Shown here piece by piece: positions 1 to 4,624 of a stretch of 8,447 bases of DNA; the stretch's first letter is position 1; each line of letters starts with the position of its first letter. Origin of the DNA: Candidatus Nanopusillus sp. GTDB lineage: Archaea > Nanobdellota > Nanobdellia > Nanobdellales > Nanobdellaceae. The stretch is from NCBI GenBank assembly GCA_028275775.1, contig JAPWTZ010000018.1:1-8447 (forward strand), given 5' to 3'. Below the pieces are notes generated by a model. It was not told where the DNA came from. It worked only from the letters and a program-made list of their open reading frames with translations, and searched no databases. A program made the position numbers and the translations under genes.

Positions 1-119
1 TCTTATCTATTCTTATACTTATAACATCTGTTTTACTCATAATATATTGTATTCGAAATATGTATATAAATTTTTGTATACGGTATTATTTTATCAATAT
101 CAATTTACAATAAAAATTT

Positions 120-692
120 ATGGTAAAAGTAATAAAAAGATCTGGTAAAGAAGAAGAGTTTTTAGAGGATAAGGTATATAATTCATTAATTAATGCAGGT
201 GCATCTGAAGAAGTTGCAAAGCAAATTGTAAAAGAATTGGAAGATTGGATAAAAACAGAGGGATTTGGAAAAATATCTACTGATGAAATTAGAAGATTTA
301 TATTTAATAGATTAAGAGTATTAGAACCTGACGTTTTAGAATCATGGCAATTTTATGATAGAATATTCAAAGGAAGAATAACATTTAGTGATGGAAAAGT
401 TTTAGTAGTTGATAAAGGTCATTTATATTTAGGAAGAAAAGTTAAAGATATAGGAAATAAAGGATTGGATAGAGCTGAAGAAGTTAAAGAAATATTAGAA
501 GAATTAAGGGAAGATATGAAATATGGTTTATCTCCAAAAACAGTTAATGCTAGGTTATATGCATTATTTATGGGTGTATTAAGGAAGAAAGATATGCCTA
601 AAGAAGAAAAAATAAAATCAATAGAATTGATAAATAATTTTAGAAAAGAAATGGGATGGAAACCTTATGAACTAAAACAGCCAATACAATAG
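120..692 (+). CDS. ATP-cone domain protein. The ATP-cone covers about residues 2-88. The ~100-aa C-terminal region has unknown function.
   Basis: ATG at 120, 190 codons, TAG stop at 690-692. The N-terminus (VKVIKRSGKEEEFLEDKVYNSL...ISTDEIRRFIFNRL...FYDRI) fits the ATP-cone pattern (V.KRdG..E.F...K....i ... is.eeI...v...L ... Y). The C-terminal half has no Walker A/P-loop, so this is not a 2-phosphoglycerate-kinase-type fusion. Confidence 0.75.
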   Translation: MVKVIKRSGKEEEFLEDKVYNSLINAGASEEVAKQIVKELEDWIKTEGFGKISTDEIRRFIFNRLRVLEPDVLESWQFYDRIFKGRITFSDGKVLVVDKGHLYLGRKVKDIGNKGLDRAEEVKEILEELREDMKYGLSPKTVNARLYALFMGVLRKKDMPKEEKIKSIELINNFRKEMGWKPYELKQPIQ

Positions 693-697
693 AATAA

Positions 698-704
698 TTT
701 TTTT
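698..704 (+). terminator. Oligo-T tract (T7) 6 nt after the ATP-cone gene stop. Candidate archaeal intrinsic terminator.
   Basis: The sequence reads tag aataa ttttttt gg. Archaeal RNA polymerase is known to terminate at oligo-T runs. T-runs are common in this AT-rich DNA, so specificity is low. Confidence 0.3.
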
Positions 705-802
705 GGATAATAATATATAAATTATTTGGGAAATGAATATTATTTAACAAGCTATTAAAATAAAATATCTGATAATTAAAAATCTAATAAGATTATAATC
801 CT

Positions 803-807
803 AAAAA
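803..807 (-). terminator. T5 run on the minus strand 2 nt after the alaX stop. Candidate oligo-T terminator.
   Basis: The minus strand reads TAA AA TTTTT AGG. This has the same caveat as the other T-run. Confidence 0.2.
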
Positions 808-809
808 TT

Positions 810-1514
810 TTATTCGACAGTAATAATTAACCTTTTATTATTTTTACCTTTATTTTCTCTTCCAATAATTTTTATTTTTCCTACTTCTTTTGTAGATCTT
901 ACATGTGTTCCTCCATCTAATTGTACATCAATATCTCCAATACCAACTACTCTTAAAACATCATATTTTTCATATCTTTTTTCATCCAATAATCTTTTTA
1001 ATTGTGGCATTTTTTCAAGTTCTTCTTTATTTATAAATTTTGCATATACTGGTAAATCTTTATTAACAATTTCATTTGCTTTTTCTTCAATCTTTTTTAC
1101 TAATTCATCATCTAATTTATCTAAATCAAAATCTATTCTTGCTCTATCCTCATATATTTGGCTTCCGCTAATTTTTACATTACCGAACATATTATTTAAT
1201 ACTGCAGATATTATATGTAAAGCTGTATGTAATCTCATTAATTTATATCTTCTCTCCCAATCTATTTTTCCTTTTACAATATCTCCAACTTTGAAATTTG
1301 GTTCTTTTTCTAATAAATGTACAATATTTCCTTTATCATCATAATATGTATCTATTACTTTTATTCCATTTATTTCTCCAGTATCTCCTGGTTGACCTCC
1401 ACTTCTTGCATAAAATGCAGTTTTATCTAAAATAACTTCTTTCCCTCTAATTTCAACAACTTTTGCTTCAAATTCTTTTAAATATTGATCCTGCCAGAAA
1501 AGTTTTTCAGTCAT
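810..1514 (-). CDS. alaX: AlaX-M-type alanyl-tRNA editing protein (free-standing mischarged Ser/Gly-tRNA(Ala) deacylase)
   Basis: 234 codons. An N-terminal barrel-type segment (FEAKVVEIRGKEVILDKTAFYARSGGQPGDTGEI) is followed by a tRNA_SAD editing core with HTALH (HxxxH, H96/H100) and DGGTHV (H204). There is no aminoacylation domain and no C-Ala domain, which fits AlaX-M architecture and size. Confidence 0.85.
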   Translation of the reverse strand: MTEKLFWQDQYLKEFEAKVVEIRGKEVILDKTAFYARSGGQPGDTGEINGIKVIDTYYDDKGNIVHLLEKEPNFKVGDIVKGKIDWERRYKLMRLHTALHIISAVLNNMFGNVKISGSQIYEDRARIDFDLDKLDDELVKKIEEKANEIVNKDLPVYAKFINKEELEKMPQLKRLLDEKRYEKYDVLRVVGIGDIDVQLDGGTHVRSTKEVGKIKIIGRENKGKNNKRLIITVE

Positions 1515-1564
1515 AGAAAATAATATAAGGATATCTTTATTTATCTTTCTGTTAAAAATATACT

Positions 1565-1666
1565 ATGGAAAAATTAGATGGTTTAAATTTAGATAATGTA
1601 ATAGAAAAAAATAGTAAAAGAAAAATTTTAGAAGATATATTTCAATCCTCTCGGAAGAAAATATAA
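1565..1666 (+). CDS. 33-codon ATG-initiated ORF. Probably the N-terminal fragment of a frameshifted gene that continues in the 1806..2090 frame.
   Basis: It runs from ATG 1565-1567 (MEKLDGLNLDNVIEKNSKRKILEDIFQSSRKKI) to TAA 1664-1666. It overlaps a start-less open stretch in the +1 frame (1632 onward) that leads into the 94-aa ORF. Confidence 0.35.
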   Translation: MEKLDGLNLDNVIEKNSKRKILEDIFQSSRKKI

Positions 1667-1805
1667 AACAAAATTAGATGATCTTATATACTTTAGCATA
1701 GATCCTATAGCGGTATATTATTTTACAAAAGGATTTATAGAGGGTTGTGAAGATCTTGAAATATGTGAAGAAGGAAAAATAAAAATTGAAAAAGTATTAA
1801 AATAT

Positions 1806-2090
1806 TTGGGTTATAAAAGGATATTAACTAGGATGTTTAAAGATATAAATTCAATTGAAGAAATTGAAGAAATTATAGATAATGATGATGATATAGATTA
1901 TGAGCCTTATAAAAAATTGGGAGATGAATATGCAGAATTATATTTTAAAAATAGATATATAGATAATATTACAGAGAAATATATAGCAGAAATCATTAAT
2001 GAATTTTTAAATAGTAAATTAAGTTATGGTTTATTTAGTAATGGATATTGTTATAATATAAAAGATAAGTCTATTCCATATATTATTTAA
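1806..2090 (+). CDS. Hypothetical acidic protein. Probably the C-terminal part of a longer disrupted gene.
   Basis: The ORF in the track starts at TTG 1806, and the first ATG in frame is at 1833. The same frame is open back to 1632 with no ATG, GTG or TTG. I recognise no motif. Confidence 0.5.
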   Translation: MGYKRILTRMFKDINSIEEIEEIIDNDDDIDYEPYKKLGDEYAELYFKNRYIDNITEKYIAEIINEFLNSKLSYGLFSNGYCYNIKDKSIPYII

Positions 2091-2093
2091 TTT

Positions 2094-2507
2094 TTATTCT
2101 CCAATTATTGTTATAAATACTTTTCTTTCTCTTGGTTCAAATAATTCTAAAAATATTATTCTCTGCCATGTTCCCAATAAAAATTTTCCATCTTTTACTG
2201 GTATACATAAAGATTGTGATAATAAATTTGTTTTTATATGTGCAGTTGCATTAATATTTCCCTCATAATTATGATGATATTTTATATTTAATGGTAATAT
2301 CCTATTGAAGAATTCTTTAATGTCTTTAAATATTGTTTCATCATTTTCTTGTATTATTATGCATGCAGTATTATGTAAAGAAAATAATGATACTATTCCA
2401 TTTTTTATTTCAGATTCTTTTACTATTTCATTAACTTTATCTGTTATATCTATAAAATCATATGGACCTTTTGTTTCTACTTTTATTTCTTTTTGATATA
2501 TTTTCAT
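2094..2507 (-). CDS. yjbQ: YjbQ/UPF0047 family protein (secondary thiamine-phosphate synthase-like)
   Basis: 137 aa. The family-typical pattern is present: DITDKV...G.V.LFS.H.TA.I.I.E......DI..F...LP....Y.H..EGN.NA.AHIK..LL..S..IPV..GK..LGTWQ.I...E....R.R.V. Confidence 0.85.
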   Translation of the reverse strand: MKIYQKEIKVETKGPYDFIDITDKVNEIVKESEIKNGIVSLFSLHNTACIIIQENDETIFKDIKEFFNRILPLNIKYHHNYEGNINATAHIKTNLLSQSLCIPVKDGKFLLGTWQRIIFLELFEPRERKVFITIIGE

Positions 2508-2558
2508 TAATTTATCTTAAATTATTTATTTTTAAGAATATTATTTATATTATTATTA

Positions 2559-3035
2559 ATGAGTGACAACTTAGATAAAAGATTAAAAAATCAAGAAAAT
2601 CGAGGATCTCTAAAATATAGTGTACCAAATATTATAGGATACTTATTTAATGTTTATAAAGGATATGAATATCGCTGTAATGCAGATGGATATAATTTAA
2701 AGCTTTCCTTTATAGAAGAAATAGAAATAACATATAAATTATTAACAAAATTAAAAATAGAGCATCCAATTATTAAAGTACTTTCAGATTTTTTATTAGA
2801 AAAAGATCCAAAACAACAAATTAAAAAAATAGATAATGTAAAAGAATATTTGAAACAACAAATTAAAGAGATTGAAGATAAAGATTATCCCGTGGTTTAT
2901 CTAATTGCGTGGTTAGATGCTTTAGCATTTATAAAGAAATATGGATGCACGGAAAAAGACAAATTGCTAGAATTTTTATATGAGTGTATTAAGCCTAAAC
3001 CTCCTGAAAAAGCTGATGGGATATTTTATAAATAA
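2559..3035 (+). CDS. Hypothetical protein (158 aa, no recognisable domain)
   Basis: It runs from ATG 2559 to TAA 3033-3035. A long ORF in stop-codon-rich AT-rich DNA supports coding. I recognise no motif. Confidence 0.6.
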   Translation: MSDNLDKRLKNQENRGSLKYSVPNIIGYLFNVYKGYEYRCNADGYNLKLSFIEEIEITYKLLTKLKIEHPIIKVLSDFLLEKDPKQQIKKIDNVKEYLKQQIKEIEDKDYPVVYLIAWLDALAFIKKYGCTEKDKLLEFLYECIKPKPPEKADGIFYK

Positions 3036-3036
3036 C

Positions 3037-3108
3037 TGGACCCGCCGGGATTTGAACCCGGGACCTCTGGCTAGCGAGGCCAGAATCCTACCACTAGACT
3101 ACGGGCCC
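3037..3108 (-). tRNA. tRNA-Ala (anticodon CGC), 72 nt, no encoded CCA
   Basis: The reverse complement is GGGCCCG TA GTCT AGTGGTA GGAT T CTGGC CUCGCUA GCCAG AGGTC CCGGG TTCAAAT CCCGG CGGGTCC A. It folds by hand into a full cloverleaf. It has the G3:U70 alanine identity pair, A73, GG in the D loop and TTCAAAT in the T loop. Confidence 0.93.
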
Positions 3109-3131
3109 TAAAATAATATTATTAAAAAAAG

Positions 3132-3299
3132 CTATATGCTCAATAAAATTTGTAAAAGTGCCAACACATCCAAAGCAACAATACTTCCAGCCACAAATTT
3201 TATATATTCATTGCTAAAAAAAGAAGGATTCCACAATAAATATAGTTCTATTAATGTACCGGCTATTATAAATATACTTAATAATAACTTACCTTCCAT
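3132..3299 (-). CDS. Small hypothetical membrane protein (55 aa, two hydrophobic helices). Not in the supplied ORF track.
   Basis: Hand translation from ATG 3297-3299 gives MEGKLLLSIFIIAGTLIELYLLWNPSFFSNEYIKFVAGSIVALDVLALLQILLSI, ending at TAG 3132-3134. The frame is open from 3329. It lies in an otherwise unassigned 260-nt gap between rpl14e and the tRNA, on the same strand as both. Confidence 0.4.
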   Translation of the reverse strand: MEGKLLLSIFIIAGTLIELYLLWNPSFFSNEYIKFVAGSIVALDVLALLQILLSI

Positions 3300-3370
3300 G
3301 CATGGTATATAAAATTTGGGAAATATAAGCTAATGCTTATCAAATATGATTTATATAGATTATAAAAAAT

Positions 3371-3736
3371 CTATATTATCAATTTTCCTTTTCCTGGAGA
3401 TCCAATAGATTTTGCAATTTCTTCCCATTTTTCTCCAAAGTTTTGTTTATATAGTTCTATTATTTCGCTTGTCAACAAATTTTCTCTCTTTAATTTCCAA
3501 TATGATACAGGTATTTTATTTTTTAACATTTCCTTTATTAAATCTTCTGTTTTTATTCCTTTATTTATATTTAGTACTTTATCTGTAGGTTCTAAATGTT
3601 TTATATTTACTCTTCTTCTCTTTATATCTCCATCTACTAATACAAAATTATTATCAATTACATCAATTACTACGCAATATCTTCCAGCCTCTCTTCCCTT
3701 TAATTTTATACATACTCTACCAATGTCCAGTAACAT
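3371..3736 (-). CDS. rpl14e: 50S ribosomal protein L14e (eL14), with an unusually long C-terminus
   Basis: The KOW-type N-terminus (IGRVCIKLKGREAGRYCVVIDVIDNNFVLVDG...RRRVNIKHLEPTDK) closely parallels crenarchaeal L14e. Its ATG lies 2 nt after the rpl34e stop. Confidence 0.9.
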   Translation of the reverse strand: MLLDIGRVCIKLKGREAGRYCVVIDVIDNNFVLVDGDIKRRRVNIKHLEPTDKVLNINKGIKTEDLIKEMLKNKIPVSYWKLKRENLLTSEIIELYKQNFGEKWEEIAKSIGSPGKGKLII

Positions 3737-3738
3737 CT

Positions 3739-4008
3739 TTATTGATTAGAATTTAATATTTTTATTTTTTCTCTTACTTTTTCCTTTAATAAATTTTCTA
3801 AGCATTTATGACATAAATATCCACCATACTTTCTGCTAACCCTTTTTTGTGATAAATTTAATCTTCTATATTTTGAAGGATGTAATGCAGGTAATCCTTG
3901 CAATTTTCTTCCACATATTGCACATCTTGGTATATTTCCTTTTCTTAATTTTACAATTATTGATATTCTACCTGAAGGTGTTTTTCTAATTAAATATGTC
4001 TTAGCCAT
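3739..4008 (-). CDS. rpl34e: 50S ribosomal protein L34e (eL34)
   Basis: 89 aa and basic. It has the pattern RKTPSGR...CAICGRKL.G......YRRL....KRVSR.YGG.LC..C with CxxC...CxxC zinc-ribbon cysteines. Its start overlaps the upstream gene's end by 8 nt. Confidence 0.9.
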   Translation of the reverse strand: MAKTYLIRKTPSGRISIIVKLRKGNIPRCAICGRKLQGLPALHPSKYRRLNLSQKRVSRKYGGYLCHKCLENLLKEKVREKIKILNSNQ

Positions 4009-4624
4009 TTTTATTATCTATTTTAGATTTTTTTATAAATCTTGAGTAAATAATATTAAATACTAATAAAATAATTTGTACTAAAATATATAATACTATA
4101 TATAAAATTAATGGATTAAACCAGTTTATATTTATTATTGGTAATTTAAATGGTAATGTATTTGTTATAACATTTACAGATAATAATCTAGGTTCATATT
4201 TTCCATTTAAATTTATTATATTATAATTTGCATGATAAAAACCTAGAAAACTATTATTGTAATATATAGCAAAATCTTGATTATATAATATTGGATTTGT
4301 TATTAATATATTTGTTGTATTATTTATATTTGCAATATAAAATCCTGATTGAAAACCAAAAATAATAAAAATTAATATAGCTATTCCAAATATAGTAACA
4401 ATCATTGTATGTTTCATTATTTTTGAATATATTTTTGTAAGTTCTTCCATAATATTATTTAATTCTTCTAATTTTCCAGATTTAAAACTTTCAATATATT
4501 TTTTCTGTATTTCTTGTAATTTTTTTTGATGTTCTCTTATTCCAGTCTTTCTTTCAATTATCTTTATTACTATATTTACTAATATAACTAAAAATAATAC
4601 ATAGAAAAATATTGAATCTATCAT
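4001..4624 (-). CDS. DUF106/EMC3-TMCO1-like membrane protein (archaeal YidC/Oxa1-superfamily insertase candidate)
   Basis: 207 aa. TM1 spans residues 4-23. A charged coiled-coil hairpin spans residues 24-73 (RKTGIREHQKKLQEIQKKYIESFKSGKLEELNNIMEELTKIYSKIMKH). TM2 spans 74-91, followed by a long loop. TLPFKLPI...NWFNPLILYIVLY leads into TM3 (169-193), followed by a basic tail. The topology and the position between secY and rpl34e match the conserved archaeal DUF106 gene (Mj0480-type). Its start forms an ATGA overlap with the secY stop. Confidence 0.6.
   Translation of the reverse strand: MIDSIFFYVLFLVILVNIVIKIIERKTGIREHQKKLQEIQKKYIESFKSGKLEELNNIMEELTKIYSKIMKHTMIVTIFGIAILIFIIFGFQSGFYIANINNTTNILITNPILYNQDFAIYYNNSFLGFYHANYNIINLNGKYEPRLLSVNVITNTLPFKLPIININWFNPLILYIVLYILVQIILLVFNIIYSRFIKKSKIDNKNG

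Noticed and set aside
1-40. Possible 5' end of a minus-strand gene (ATG at 38-40, MSKTDVISIRIDK..., open to the left edge), divergent from the ATP-cone gene
   Set aside because: Only 13 codons are visible, which is too short to support as a feature. It is plausible given the 79-nt divergent spacer but cannot be verified here.
693-809. Searched the intergenic spacers (693-809, and also 3109-3370) for C/D-box sRNA signatures (RUGAUGA ... CUGA) and other structured RNAs
   Set aside because: Only an isolated CTGA near 764 is present, with no proper C box at a suitable distance. There is no G+C-rich island that would suggest a structured RNA.
1570-1680. An 11-nt direct repeat, aaaattagatg, at 1570-1580 and 1670-1680, exactly 100 nt apart
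   Set aside because: It is a short, AT-rich match consistent with chance. There are no further copies and no flanking similarity.
2305-2496. 63-aa plus-strand ORF from the track
   Set aside because: It is entirely antisense to the well-supported yjbQ gene. The peptide is low-complexity and Ser/Ile/Phe-rich, typical of a shadow frame.
3037-3108. tRNA gene as an integration site (att) or a Nanoarchaeum-style split or intron-containing tRNA
   Set aside because: The tRNA is intact, contiguous and 72 nt long. No duplicated copy of its 3' half and no integrase is present in the window.
810-3108. Functional linkage of alaX and tRNA-Ala, which lie within ~1.5 kb of each other
   Set aside because: They are separated by three unrelated genes in mixed orientation, so the proximity is most likely coincidental.
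3353-3376. Perfect 9-bp inverted repeat (atatagatt / aatctatat) with a 6-nt loop overlapping the rpl14e stop codon. It could be an operon-end hairpin.
   Set aside because: It is almost all A:T, with a single G:C pair, so it would be weak, especially in a thermophile. At this base composition a few 9-bp palindromes per 8 kb are expected by chance. Archaeal termination does not require hairpins.
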